A DNA stretch of 59,222 nt, counting the filler, from Sphacelaria rigidula (taxonomy: Eukaryota): NCBI GenBank assembly GCA_964200075.2. It is 7 parts of 7 records of this genome, joined end to end, with 100 filler letters (N's around TTAATTAATTAA, not from the genome) between each part and the next. Parts side by side here need not be neighbours in the genome. Positions count along the whole stretch, not along the records: positions 33,901 to 42,274 come from CAXNAA020011341.1; positions 42,375 to 50,748 come from CAXNAA020011342.1; 5 more parts are not named here. One strand, 5' to 3'. Numbering within the stretch: the first letter of the stretch is position 1; every line of letters starts with the position of its first letter. Under the pieces are notes generated by a model, which was not told the origin of the DNA, made no database searches, and saw only the letters and a list, made by a program, of their open reading frames with translations. This document shows positions 35,025 through 47,720 of the stretch, in pieces. Both the position numbers and the translations under genes were made by a program.

Positions 35025-35067
<43 letters not shown>
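34822..35067 (+). mobile_element. Internally deleted SINE family A copy with (CA)n tail
   Basis: Head CCGGTCGCCCCGGTGCCTTAGCTGGTAAC matches the 6353 head, joined directly to the 3' module seen at 7160-7335; ends in a CA run. Confidence 0.7.
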
Positions 35068-35069
<2 letters not shown>

Positions 35070-35164
35070 GTTGGGACCTGACCTCCACTAACGAGAGGTA
35101 GGAATGTGGGCTGTGCTCAGGGGCCATTTGTCAATCGGCCATCATTTCCAGTCGTTTTCAAGTA

Positions 35165-35231
35165 AAAAATGATGCCGATTTACAAGAGGCACTCACCCAC
35201 GGGTGGTCCCCTCCGGTCTCAAAAGGGTTAA
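35165..35231. mobile_element. Candidate piggyBac-like end (AAAAGGG|TTAA)
   Basis: Homologous to 1-71. Confidence 0.4.
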
Positions 35232-36515
35232 ATCTGGAATCGCATCCGATTATTCTTTTCCCATTTCCTTTCGATCATTTGAAAGTAAAGACAGGGACAA
35301 CAACAACAACGACAGTTCTGAAGTTGACAGGCATTGGAAGAAGAAACAGGTTCTTCACGGGAGGGATGACAATAGTTGCCAGCTTTGTGTTTTCGTGGCA
35401 ATACGGAGGGAGACATCGATTCCGTGGGGGGACGGGGGGGGGTGTCTTACCAACCAAATAAGACCAAGAACACGTTAATTCGGCTGTCGCGTAGCAAGTC
35501 ATGGTGGAGGGACAACCTTGAAAAAATCGCTCCATTACGTAATTATTACGCGTATTAATGGTTACTACCATACACTGCGTCGCCGTGACATTTTTATCAA
35601 TACAAAAAAAATAGAACGGGTTTCTCCCGAAACTAGCGTCGAGGACAAAACTCATCATGTCTATATTCATGTGTGCGTACGGTCACCGAAAAGTGGGTAT
35701 CCAGAAAAAAGTAATTAAAGCCTACGCATGAGGTATACGTAGCCGGAATATTTGCCAAAAAATCTCGTTCGTGAGGGTGTGTGTGAGTAAATTTCCACCG
35801 CTTGTGCTCATCGGGTTGTGTGTGTCTGTAGCCGACGACCATTGGGGATAAAAGCTACTGCTAAGAAATCCTGTGATATGTTTTTTGGAGCATCCTCTGT
35901 GGTATTGTTTCGTTGTGTCTCTCGCTATTTCATGGTTTCGTTTCATTCCCTAGAAACATGTTGACTATCCCGGGGGGCGAAACAGGGGGAGACGCACTGC
36001 CTGTTTTTAGTGGGAGAGGCGCACTATCTGCTTGTGGACTCGTGACCATGAAAAAAGGCCCTGGAGACACTGTAAATTTGGTCTCTGTTTCAACGCGTAG
36101 CCCGTCCCGTCTCAACCCTGCAACTAGGGTCTCGACGAGCACCAGGCGTCCCTCTCCTCCACCGCATTTGCAGCGGCATGATGAAGTCAGTCACTGGCCG
36201 CAATTCTACGGCATTGCATCCCGCCGCGATCACATGCACTCCACACCCTTATCATCTGCTGCTACAGCATGCTGACGTCATCCTACACTTTCAGATTCAC
36301 TTTTTTTCATGCTGGCGAGTGTCACTGTGCAGGCCTCAATTTCTTTCCCGCAGTATGACAGCACAACCACCCGCGCGAGTGAGCGCCCACCGTCCCGTCG
36401 TACCCTTCCATGCAGGAGTACCGTGGATGGCGCGGCCGTCGGCCTCGGCAAGATTCTAGGCACGTGCTGGCTGCTCACCTACCTCGCTCTAGCCCTTGGC
36501 TTCCCAAAGTTCCAG

Positions 36516-36893
36516 AATATGGAACACCCCTCCCTGGCATCACAAACCTCTACCACGATCGCAGATCCGCTGCTAGTGGGAGGAGGGGGCAGCGGCATGG
36601 GTGTCACGAACAGAGGTCACGGAGTTATCGGGTTTGTGCGCCGTCGACTCGCGAGGATTCGAATCTCGAGGCGGCGCCGGCGCTGCGAGACGTGCCTTGA
36701 CTCGACTACTTCAAGCGGCGCGAGTGGTAGTAGCCCCTCGGGGCGACGGGCGGGTCGTGGCAACTGTGATGGCAATAAAGCCAGCGTTGTTGGCGGGGGA
36801 GCAATGGTGGTTGGCGGGAGGAAGGTCGTACCGGTGTTGAGGGCCGGGGGGAGTTGTGGCGGAGTTACCGGAATCCGGGGAAACGGTCCCTAG
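36516..36893 (+). CDS. Possible terminal exon of an unknown host gene (Gly/Ser/Arg-rich)
   Basis: CTCAC branch-like motif, pyrimidine tract and CAG at 36513-36515, then a GC-rich open frame to TAG; no domain recognised. Confidence 0.35.
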   Translation, partial: NMEHPSLASQTSTTIADPLLVGGGGSGMGVTNRGHGVIGFVRRRLARIRISRRRRRCETCLDSTTSSGASGSSPSGRRAGRGNCDGNKASVVGGGAMVVGGRKVVPVLRAGGSCGGVTGIRGNGP

Positions 36894-39800
36894 TGGCACA
36901 AGGGTCGAAAGGTCTGCGTCTCTTGCGTAATCTATGTGCTATGAGTAACATGAAAGTGCGAGTTTTTGTGTGGTGTTTTGTTGTTTGTTGTCTGTTGTTG
37001 TTCGTTGTTGTTTATGCCTTTGCGGGCTTTTTGCTTCACCGGGCATCTTGCGACGTTTTTGCATGTGCGCGGGGGAACGGGGAGGCTATGTTTCACGGCG
37101 GGCGTTCTGTTGGTGTCTGCTTTGGAATATAGATATGTGGCAGATATGCAGGTACTGTACATTGAGTATACATTTTTGTGAACTACCGGCTGTTTTGTCG
37201 TGCTCACTTTGTAACTTGTCGCATACCATGGTTTTCGGGTGAATTTATTCAAGGGAAACTTATCAGGTGGTGGCGTGTAGTTCAGGGAATCTACCATCGA
37301 CTGCCAAGATATGCTGACAGGTTGTGTGGGAACTGAGGAATTCTCTGGCAAGGCTGACGACGTCCACATGCCCCAAACCACTAGCAGAGCTGATGTAATC
37401 TTGTTTCGGAGAAAATCGCATCCATATTTGCCTCCATGCCGCATGGTGAGAAGTTCGAGGAATATGATGGTTGGAGGGGAATGTGCAGTAGATTCAAGGG
37501 TTCCATTGGGACGTCTCGACTTTTGGAAAACAATCGTGGATGGCTGTTGCATTAGCACATGACAAGTTGATCGATTGTCGCACTTTGAGTGACCCCCCAG
37601 GAATCCAGCCATGGTCACACCATGAACGTACTCGAGACGAGGGCTCTTAATATGTAGCACGGACTCGAACAAGTCCTCAGAGGCGCACCGCGTGTTGTTA
37701 AACACACTCGAAGCAACGACACAGATTGGTTTTGAGTGTGGCGCTTATCGGCCGATACTAACAGCACGCAGACAGATGTGGAGGGAAAAAGGCGGAATAT
37801 GGTGAAGATGTGGAGAAAAGGACGATGCCGACGGTGGGCGTATCCAACAGCTGTGCAGAGCAAAAAAAAAGACCCCCCCCCCCCGGCCCATTATCCGGTA
37901 TTCCAATTTTCAGCATGAGAAATGGTGTTGTCTTGGGCCTTTTCTTATGTCACATTGATTTCTTGTGACATAAAACTTGATTTTTTTTCAAACTTGAGCA
38001 GTACAACGCAGTACAGTATCATAGATAGTACAGAGTATTACACTGAACACAATGCAGAAGTCCAACAGTGTTGCTTTTTAGACCTGACGGTAGACTACAT
38101 GAAGGAAGTGTAATTACTCCTGTACTCAGTACACTTTCCCCCCCCCACCACGGCCCGCCCTCTTCCTACATCGAATGCGTTGTCGAACAAACAGCATTTT
38201 GTCACACGAAAAGTAGCTTGCGAAGAACCAAACAGTCAAGACTTTCCCCCGTCGAGTACACACCCCAGCTCCACAGCGCTAACACGTATACACTCAACAG
38301 TATGACTACTTTTGTCTGCAGTGTTGGAGAGTTGGTAGCCATGGAGATGAACTCCACCAACCGCATTCAGCAGTCCCCACGGCGGGCGGGGCGGGTAGAA
38401 GTGTACTGAGTACAGTGTAGGAGCGGAGAGACTGTTGCTCCGGTACGAAGTACACCTTTTCCTCACAACCGCGGCCGGCCCTCCTCCTACATCGAAGTCC
38501 CGACGGCGTTCAGGTATGTTTTTAGTACAGTGTAGGAGCGGAGAGACTGTTCCTCCGGTACGCAGTACACTTTCCCCCCACAACCACACTAACACATACA
38601 CTTTACAGTACGACTGTTACAAACAGACGGTATAGTGGTGGCGTTCCCAACATTAGGCATCGCTACTGGCTGGCAGGAAGGTGATATGTATCGTGGTCTC
38701 GAATAAGCATCCAGTTGAGTCAAATCATGCGCATGCAAATACGTGATGATTAACATATACCATGTTGACTATGCCGGAACATGTTGCAAATACACCATAC
38801 TGTTTGTGCACTGAACATAGATTTATTTTACTACCATGACATGTATCACATACTGAGGTACCGAGTATGGTTCAGAGGGATCCGTACTGCATTGTCTCGC
38901 CGTGTTCAGCAACCAACCAGCAAAAGCATAGCAAGAAGGAATGCGTCCAACGCAGTACAGTTCACATGGAACGGCAAGGCAAGGACCTTGATCACAGCTC
39001 CACAAGCGATTTATTTTCTCTTTCGTGGTGGTGGTTTTGACAGCCTCATCATAAGATTCACATGAGCTCTTCGCTCGTTGTTGCTCATCTGTTACAGATT
39101 TAATGGTCATGTTCCAGTCGACTGGGTTTCATTTGTCATACTTTGTCATACTTTGTCATGCTTGGTACCCAACGGGTCATACTACATTGTTTGATTGAAT
39201 CCAGCTGCCTGCCCCCTTTGGGTCAGAGTCGTTTTGGACCATACATCTCAACTAGCAAAGCACAAGTTAGCCTGTACGCCAATAATACAAGAGCATCTAC
39301 GCCATCCATGGACTGCTATTTCAGAGGATTCTCTGGTCTTCACACAATGTAAGCCTGACCTTCATGCAGCACATGTTGTGCTGCAGCCTGCGCGGTTCAT
39401 GACATGCCACCTGACCACTGGTGCGGTGGTTGACTCGCACTTGATAATATCGAACTCAATGGTTTCGATACTTAGACTGTGTTTGGGTCTGCTAGCCCTG
39501 GTGCCCACTGAACTGGCATCTTCCTACCCAGGTCGCAAGTATCGTACCATGACACATCGTCAAGAGAGTAAAACCGAGGGTCGCAGCGGGTCATAAAAAC
39601 CACGGTGCGCACGGAAGCGTGTCTGTAACCGTTACAACGGACACTACTCCCTCTCCTCCAGTTGGACCGTAGGTCACACCAACTAGCCCTCCGAGCCCGT
39701 CAGTTGAATATCTAAGCTCATCCTCGTACTACCCTCCCACCATTACGCCGCGATCCATATCACCCCCCCTCAGGCCTAGGGTTGGAAAACCCTGGGACTG

Positions 39801-39894
39801 AACGTGGTTCAACGATGGATCGCCGCGTCACCATGTTCCTCTTCCCCGGGTAATCGGCGTTGCTTCGTATAGTCGTCGATCTTGGTAACCGTTC

Positions 39895-40160
39895 TGCCCG
39901 GGTTAGACCACGTAGGGGATATCAACACCGTACAGAAACGATCTCATCCCGTCCGGAGAAGTTCTTGATTCTGTTGACCGCTCTGCCGGGTTAGACCACG
40001 TAAGGAATTTAAACACCGTACAGAAACGATCCCATGCAGTCCAGTTCTCGATCTTGCTGATCCCTCCGCCGGGTTAGACCACGTAGGAGATATCAGCACA
40101 CCGTATAGAAACGATCCCATCCCGTCCGGAGAAGTTCTTGATTCTGTTGACTGCTCTGGG
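39895..40160. repeat. Three ~85-90-bp tandem units downstream of the gypsy integrase
   Basis: CCGGGTTAGACCACGTA...CACCGTA.AGAAACGATC.CAT repeated three times. Confidence 0.85.
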
Positions 40161-41216
40161 CTGTCCATAAACCGTTCACGATCTTGGTACCTCGGGGAAT
40201 CTGCCGCGCAATTGACTGCTCGAGATGGTGTATCAGATGGATGTGGCCTGGTCTGCGGGTGACATACTTCCCACAAGGCATGAAACACGTCCAACGGTAA
40301 CACTGTAAAACTGTCCAAACCCTTTCCTCTGAAGGCCAGCGTGGCTCAGCTCCGTCGTGAAACAACCGTTGATGTTCCCACACTCACGACGATCCTAGGC
40401 CCAGCACTGCTTTCCTACTCGTTAGAGTATATGGTAGAGCTGTGGACGTGATGTCCTCAGCCAACCCTAAATCTGCCGCCCCAAGCTAGCTAAGAAACCT
40501 CGTCTGGAAGTGAGTGCTGCAGCTGTTCTAGGCGCACATGGAATTTCTTCACGTTGGCCGCGAACACCGTCCGCGCTTGAACTTTACGGACCTGCATTTT
40601 GACCTCAAGATTGAGACCTGGTATCACCACCTGCTGCACCGTCCCCGGCCCAGTCCACAAGTCGTGTGCTAATTTGGTCGGTACATCTTCGGTCAGAAGG
40701 GAGCTGTCAGACACTTCGACTAGAATCATACCTTATACCTTAGCTCGCGATCCTACCGACTGACGAATCATCTCGGCATTTCTAGCTATTCTCCCCTCTT
40801 CCCTACGCCGGTGGCGTTGGGTTAACAGCTCATGAACGTCCTTCAATTTTGTTGATGTTGCCCTACCGTCTTATTCCACGGTAGGGATTCTTCTTCAGGT
40901 GACACATAGTCGACTTGGGTGCGAGGCTCGCGCTCAAAAGCAGCATCAAGCGCGTTTGGTTATGCGGCAGTGACTGGTCGCAAGTAGTATGATGAATCTA
41001 TACAGCAGGATCCACATACTCGTCGCACCATTCCAACCCCTTGCTTACATAGCTCGGCTAAAACGCCGTGCAACCACTCTCCGTATCTTTCCACCGCACC
41101 CTAACCGCGAGGGTGATCTGCGTGACCATGACCCAGTTTCACCTTCATCCACATGTCATACATGGTTTACTACTTCCGAGGTGAACTCCCCCCCAGCGCC
41201 ACTTCAAAGGAAATAG

Positions 41217-41630
41217 AACAGAGGATTCTATAAAGTAAGCTTCATCAATGAAATGAGGTTCGAGCCCAAAACAGTATTTTCTCCACACTTTCAGCGATGG
41301 TGCCCAATGACTTTCTTGTCGGCCTAATGCCCCTCGATCGCCTAGATACTTCTCCAGCGCATTTTACCGACTCTGTGAGCTTACAGCGCTGACCGAAACT
41401 GCTGTTTTCCCTGATATCACCCCTCCCTAAAAAAAGTAGAAATGACGGTTTCGGACAGCGCTGTAAGCTCACAGAGTCGATAAAATACGCTGGAGAAGTA
41501 TCTACGCGATCGAGGGGCATTAGGCCGACAAGAAAGTCATTGGGCACCATCGCTGAAAGCGTGGAGAAAGTCCTGTTTTGAGCTCGAACCTCATTTCATT
41601 GATGAACCTCATTTTATAGAATCCTCTGTT
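41217..41630. mobile_element. 414-bp foldback (hairpin) element with 4-bp TSD
   Basis: ~185-bp inverted arms AACAGAGGATTCTATAAA... / ...TTTATAGAATCCTCTGTT around a ~40-bp loop; ATAG on both flanks; removal restores the integrase frame. Confidence 0.92.
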
Positions 41631-41888
41631 ATAGGGTGTTTCGAGCGTCAAGAAAGGTTTCAGCAGATCCTTAACTACGTGCTCAGTAACCTTGGCTGCT
41701 AGTGGGAGAGCGAAGAGAACTTGGCCGCTCGATTCATAACAATCAACAAGCACATCATTACCAGAAGTAGAAATCTGCTTCACATCCGATATGTCCATCT
41801 ACATCATCTCCCAGAACTGCAAGAAGTGGGCGGGCCGTATCGTTATGGTGTGACTACTAGTGCGTTTGCGTCGGCGACATCCACAAGA

Positions 41889-42136
41889 GACTGCTGCCAA
41901 GATAGCCCCCCCCCAAACCGGCCAAAAACGTGCACGGAGGCGATGATCATAACTGCACTTGAAGCTCGTTTCGTAATGCACGACGCGACTGATTTGGGCG
42001 TTATAGCTGATTTCGGACTGCTACACGACTCTCATGTGGGCGAAGTTGCTGCAAACGAGCCCAATAGTGAGATCGCAGCCGGTTCGTTGGATGGTGCCGG
42101 TGCAGTTTTTGTGGGGGGGCTATCTCGGCATGAGTC
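41889..42136 (+). mobile_element. ~250-bp MITE (GACT family), copy 3
   Basis: Same TIRs; CAAGA on both flanks; removal plus one CAAGA restores VLSCGC in the gypsy zinc finger. Confidence 0.92.
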
Positions 42137-42274
42137 CAAGACAGCACGTATTTGCGAGTGTCGGCGAAAAAACCGGGTCACTCATAGCGTGCGTTGACCA
42201 TTACAGTCGTTTTCATCACTCCGGCGTGCCCATGCGTATTGTGCACCAACGCGAGCAGGCCAGGCACTAGACTG

Positions 42275-42374
42275 NNNNNNNNNNNNNNNNNNNNNNNNNN
42301 NNNNNNNNNNNNNNNNNNTTAATTAATTAANNNNNNNNNNNNNNNNNNNNNNNNNNNNNNNNNNNNNNNNNNNN
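42275..42374. other. Assembly spacer between contigs 5 and 6
   Basis: N44-TTAATTAATTAA-N44. Confidence 0.98.
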
Positions 42375-45300
42375 AAGGATGAGCTGCATCCTGCGAAGAT
42401 TGCTCGGCGCGAAGCCTACTGATTATCTTGCATTTGGATAACAGCCCACAATGAGTTGCTTTATTCTGTGGTATCGCCACTTCTAGAGACAGCCACAACT
42501 TATACACTGCCTCATGCTTGTCTAACAACAGGGGGGGGAGGGAAAGAATGGTGAAACGGAGACGGCACAAGGTACATGAAATGCTAAAGAATGGCCTTGT
42601 GAAATTAAAGGTGAGAAGAAAGGTACGTGAAAAACACCTGTTGACATCTATGTAAGGTCAGTGCACAGTGGGTGCGAAAAACTTGATTCCAGTACAGTAC
42701 CGATGGCTCGACCAAGTCACCGGCCCAAACTCGCTCCACCCCGCCCCCGGGGGGCAGACTACACCTTACCCTTATACATGTTACACAGCTGAATCAGGAC
42801 GTACACCAGCGAGATAAATGATCAAGCAAGCAAGAGAAAGACCGCCTGACCCGGCAACGACTTCGTGTATCACACCTCCCCCCATGCCGACCAGTCGACG
42901 GTGACAGCGCACGCACCAGGCAACATCACGGACACATACGTTTGCAAGGGGTGTCCGCAACTACTTCGCGCGCAAGCGAGAACTCGATTCTACCGCTGAC
43001 AGTGGGGATCGGTGTATCCTACTGTGCTGTATGTTCCTTCAAGACCATCACGCGGCGACACCTACGCGTCCACCGACGACAATTGCCCTTCAGCTATCCA
43101 CCCTGGACTGGGTGGCCAGCATATTACGGTAGCGACAGGCAATATAATCAGGATCAAGGCACTTGCGGCGTACCACGTAATCCCATCACACGCTGCCGCT
43201 ACACAGGTAAAATGTCGGGAAGTCACCTCTGACTGTTAAGGAAGGGAGGATGATGTGGCACAGACGTCTTTGTGCCCGTGAGATATACTGCGGACAGGAT
43301 GCGGGACTGTAGCACTACCGTGAGACTACAGGGCTTCATCGACTCTATCGTAGCCTGCACACGGATACTTTGAGCGTGCCATGACGAACATATTGTCCCC
43401 CTCCTAATTTTCCATAACATTGGATACACCTAATTGCCGCTGACCACCCTCCAACAGCCCTTTGGGTCGTTGATCGGACACGATTACCAAAATAACTAAC
43501 GTGGGAAGATGCCCTCGCCCTGGAACTATCTACACCGCGTTTTCCACAAGCGAATGGTGCCTTCCTTTTTGTTGGTTTACAAAACCGCGTATCACGGCAT
43601 GCTCACGACCTTTGTTGGAAGGTGTTCGAGAGGCTTTGTTCGTGGAGGAGATGCTGTTTCCCCAGTGGACCTCGTATCCGAAATCCTGGAGTCCTTGGTA
43701 TCATCAGCTACATATCCGAGAAACGTACACGTGACGCGTGTGCACTCCGAGTGGTGCGCGTTGTGGAAGAAGTAACTCGTTGCCCTCACGTTACGGAGTC
43801 AATCGTTCGGGGAGGTAACACACAAGATCTCGATATTTACCCCGTGAACGAGTCCGCGCGCTAGCTACCGTTATACTTCCTCTGTCCCATAAGTCTGGGC
43901 ACTCATGGTTGTACCAGCCCTTAACGGTGTGATATTTGATTTTCGATCTTTTTATTGCATTCGTCGGCGTTTTGACAGCTAGAACCAACACTGTTTCTAC
44001 AACGTGAGTACTTGACCCATGCAGCCGCGTGGCCGAGAAAACGTAGGCCGGTCAAAAAATAGACATTTCTCGCTTGTTGTCCCAGGGAAGCATGAAAGAC
44101 CCGGGGGAACGAAAAATCGCGAAAAATGGGCCAGAAACTGTGAAAATCGCGAAACCACCGTAGATTTTGGACATGCCCGTGACGTTAACCTACGCACGCC
44201 CCATCCAACATTTTGTTAGCATGTAGTTGCTAGTGCTCGACTTCAAAACGTCCAAAATCGATCAATGATGGGGTATAAATGGATCAAAAAGGGTCAAAAT
44301 AGGTATATTTGGACACTATTTTAGTGTAGATAACCAACGATTTTCTTTTTTTTTTGCGTCAGATTCGTTAGCAATTTATCTTTCTAACGAACCCAATATT
44401 AGGATGATCGTCAACGTTTGAACACCCAAACGATCAAATGCCCATAAGTTCCCAGACTTAGAGGGCAGAGGAAGTATCTCCTTGATCGAACGATCTAGAC
44501 ACGTTATTCCGAAGGTGAGACACAACTCTTGGAGGAAGTCAAGGTTGCATTCGTCGTCGGCCTTGGCGATATATTCCGGAACAGACAGTACCCGCTGGTC
44601 CCAACGAGAGCGGCCGATAACTGTCTCCGTGGCAAAAAGCAAGCACATCCGCGTAAAATAAACTGAACGGTAGATTCCCTGCAACCGTACAAGCACCCAG
44701 CATCGTTTTGTCTACTGTTGAAGGCTACTGTATATGCAAGCGGTGGCTCAAAATAACCGCACACACTACAGGAACCCGAACGCGGGCAAAATCAAACTAT
44801 GATGAAGGTGCTCAATGTCGAGGCAAGAGCCGTGCCTTTTCACACCCTGGACAACAGAAATATGGACCAAAAATGTTCTGCGTGCAGCATAAAATATGTT
44901 GTCTATTTGCAGCAGATTCGATAATGTGGCCAATGTTAGCTGGTATCCAGGGCGCGTGCGAATGTTCTTGCACTTTTCGGAACAACAACAGCGCGTGCGT
45001 CACCAACCATTGGGCGTATTTCCACAAACTGGCATGCAAAATGACTGCGAGGAACCGAATCGGTCCGTCAGAGGGTGACAATATATACCCCCAACGAAAC
45101 GCTGGAGAGTGAATGTTTTCTTGGCGAACAGATGAGAGCGGAAGATGCCTGTACAGGTAGGGAGAATAAACGAAATACATGAAAAATGGAGGGGGGGGGG
45201 GGGGGGGGCGGGCGGACAACAGTGAAGAATTTCCCAAAAGAAGCCGGATTTTCCATCGAGGAAGCACGAAATCCGCCGTTCTCTCGCCCACTGCATACAG

Positions 45301-47416
45301 TATTGCGACCCATGCAGCAAGTGATTGCTCCACTTGGCCACATATACTCTGGGGACAAAATGCAAAATATTGCAACCAAGAACAAGAAGAGAAATAAAAT
45401 GCATTCCGCAACAATACCATGTGCCCGGCCTTGGGTATGTATATCCAATATATTCATGCTCCACATGGCTGCCTGCGATTGATTGAACACGGAATCGGCC
45501 TGCGGAGAGGAAAGCCAAAAAAAAAGGAATTACCTGAAGCATTCACTGCACAGTGGGACGTCGCATTTTGCTTAGTCTAAGCACCACACCCGACATAATT
45601 CTCTGAGCTCATGTTTGGCTGGGAGGGGGAAAGGTTGCATCGACGAATGCCCTAAATTCAACGAAGTAGGCTACCATGCACAATCAGACTTTTGAAAATG
45701 AAGTTGGTCCAAGCGGTAAAAGTGCGTTTCTGCTTTCTTGCCGCTGTCTATAATTTCCTCTAGGAAAGGGAAGAGGTGTGGCGTCTCGACTGAGAGATAT
45801 ATGCCATCCCTTGTGTGGTGGACAAATCAACCGTCAGTCAAGAAGTACGAATTGGTCGTCTCTCCGATCATCGGGACCCTTGCAACGCCAGCACAACGCC
45901 AAGGGATCAACAAGTACAACCAGTGTGCGCAGATCCTTATTTCAGTACCTAAGTCGAATGCACCTCACCACCGGAAAAAAAAGTGTTTTTTTTCGTGTAG
46001 ATGTTTTGTTTCTTGCCTTCTTCTGGGGGCTGTTTGATTTATGGGTATGGGTGGTATACTCCTTGTACTGTGACCACGGGTTCGAGAGGTCGAGCTAATG
46101 TGACGAACATGAGAAGAAGAAAAAAAACTACGGCAAGAGATCTCCGGATGGTAGATCCGCCGCGTTCCTCCAACTTCTATGCCCCACCCTCTCAGACCCT
46201 GAGTAACGATTCCTCAGCCTACGAGTACTCCGAAGGAGTCCGGCGAGAGGCGACAATAAAAGAGGTGCGGACAAATTATCTCACCGTCCTTCGCTCGCGC
46301 ACGCCGATATGGCTGCCGTGTACACATACACATCCGGCGACACGCCGTGCTTAATCCGCAACTCGTACAGCAGAGATACGGCTTCTTCCCAACGGCCCTT
46401 CGCTCCCAGGGCCTTGATCGTGCTCGCGTACGTGTAGGTGTCCGCCTGCGGTCACCCCGGATATTCGGTACAGGTAACGGAACATGCGATTTTCGGCGCA
46501 CTCATTTCACTTTTCTGCCGCCAAGTCTTGAGACCTGGTGGCGGCTCAGATGTGTCAACACCTTCATACGTCGGACAGCTCATGAGCTCCCTAGAGTGAC
46601 TAATCGACGAGGACCCCCAGACCCCTCGTCCAAAAACACAAACCATGTGACAGCAGGGTTTGAGAAGTCGAAGCGATAGGTTTGTGTTACTTCCTGTGCT
46701 CGGTGTCCATCGCAGCAGGCGAGACCCTTTGCACGTCCATTGGCAAATACGTTCAGTTTTGCCTCACCCCCGCTACAACAGTGCATCGTCATTCCGCGCC
46801 CATCCTCGCCTACTAATACCATTCTCCAATATCTGGTGTAACTGTCAGAGAAAAAGATCCCGAAACACACCCACGGGCATCCACGGGTTCACCACCCGGG
46901 TTCGGCGCCTGCGCTACAACACATGAGGGCGAGCTTGTCATACGCCCGAGCCTGGACCTTGTCCACGAGTTCATGGCGTGGGTTTGAAAGCCACCCGTCA
47001 GATCTGGTTGATGGTTCAACGCCCGGGATGGCGGCTCTTCAGGTCAAGTCCTGAAAAACAAAAAGTGACAGCACGCGGCAAACACAGAGAGTACTCCGAA
47101 AAAGGGCGTGCCTACCGTGTACCAAAGTCCGTCCCCATAACGTTGACCGCAACGTGCGGGAACTCCCGAGTTCTGTGCCACTTACGTCCTTCCGACATAA
47201 AGGTCCAATCACGCAACTACGCACACCAAATATCTCCCGAACGTGGCGGAGTCTGCTCAGATAGCACATAATTTCATTCCGAGGTGGCACTATCTTCCTC
47301 GCCGTCATACGCTGGCGAACGGTCGAATTCGGCGCTTTTGATCGCAGAACTTTTGTCGTTTTTCAATCAAAAATGGTCCTGAAAAAAAAAGGGGAAAACA
47401 GATAAAACATGCGCAC

Positions 47417-47657
47417 CTGTATCCCCCTGTCGGACATCTCTTGCAAAGCGCCCACGCACACCTTCTCCAGTCCGAGCTTTTCCAGAGCAGACAGTAGGTG
47501 GGTGTATGAGAACAGATCGGGGGTAAGTGGGCTCGGTTTCCACCAACTCAGGGACGACGTAGTGCCATTCGCTGTCTCCGGAGACGCCAGGAGATCTTCA
47601 ACAGAAGTTTTCGTAGGGCGGAAGTGTTTTTCAAAGTGCTTGACGGCTTCGTCGTGT
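47417..47657 (-). CDS. Internal exon of a pentatricopeptide-repeat (PPR) protein
   Basis: PDLFSYTHLLSALEKLGLEKVCVGALQEMSDRGIQ fits the PPR consensus; bounded by CAG acceptor (47658-47659) and GTGCG donor (47415-47416). Confidence 0.7.
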
Positions 47658-47720
47658 CTGCGCGACCACGCCATGCAACAATAGGAAAAACAAGGGAAAA
47701 ATCCATCAGGGAGGACGAAT

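Larger units (their letters stand above)
40200..42250 (-). mobile_element. Decayed Ty3/gypsy integrase (HHCC, core, GPY/F-like, chromodomain-like tail)
   Basis: HNTHGHAGVMKT...Y.*PGFFADTRKYVLSCGCRRRK; MDISDVK...LFALPL; SGAGGEFTSEVV; DEYVDPA; KLAHDLWTGP; DSFTVLPLDVFHALWE; many stops; two insertions. Confidence 0.88.

Noticed and set aside
38411..38580. Duplicated TACAGTGTAGGAGCGGAGAGACTGTT block as a regulatory array
   Set aside because: Only two copies; a simple local duplication.
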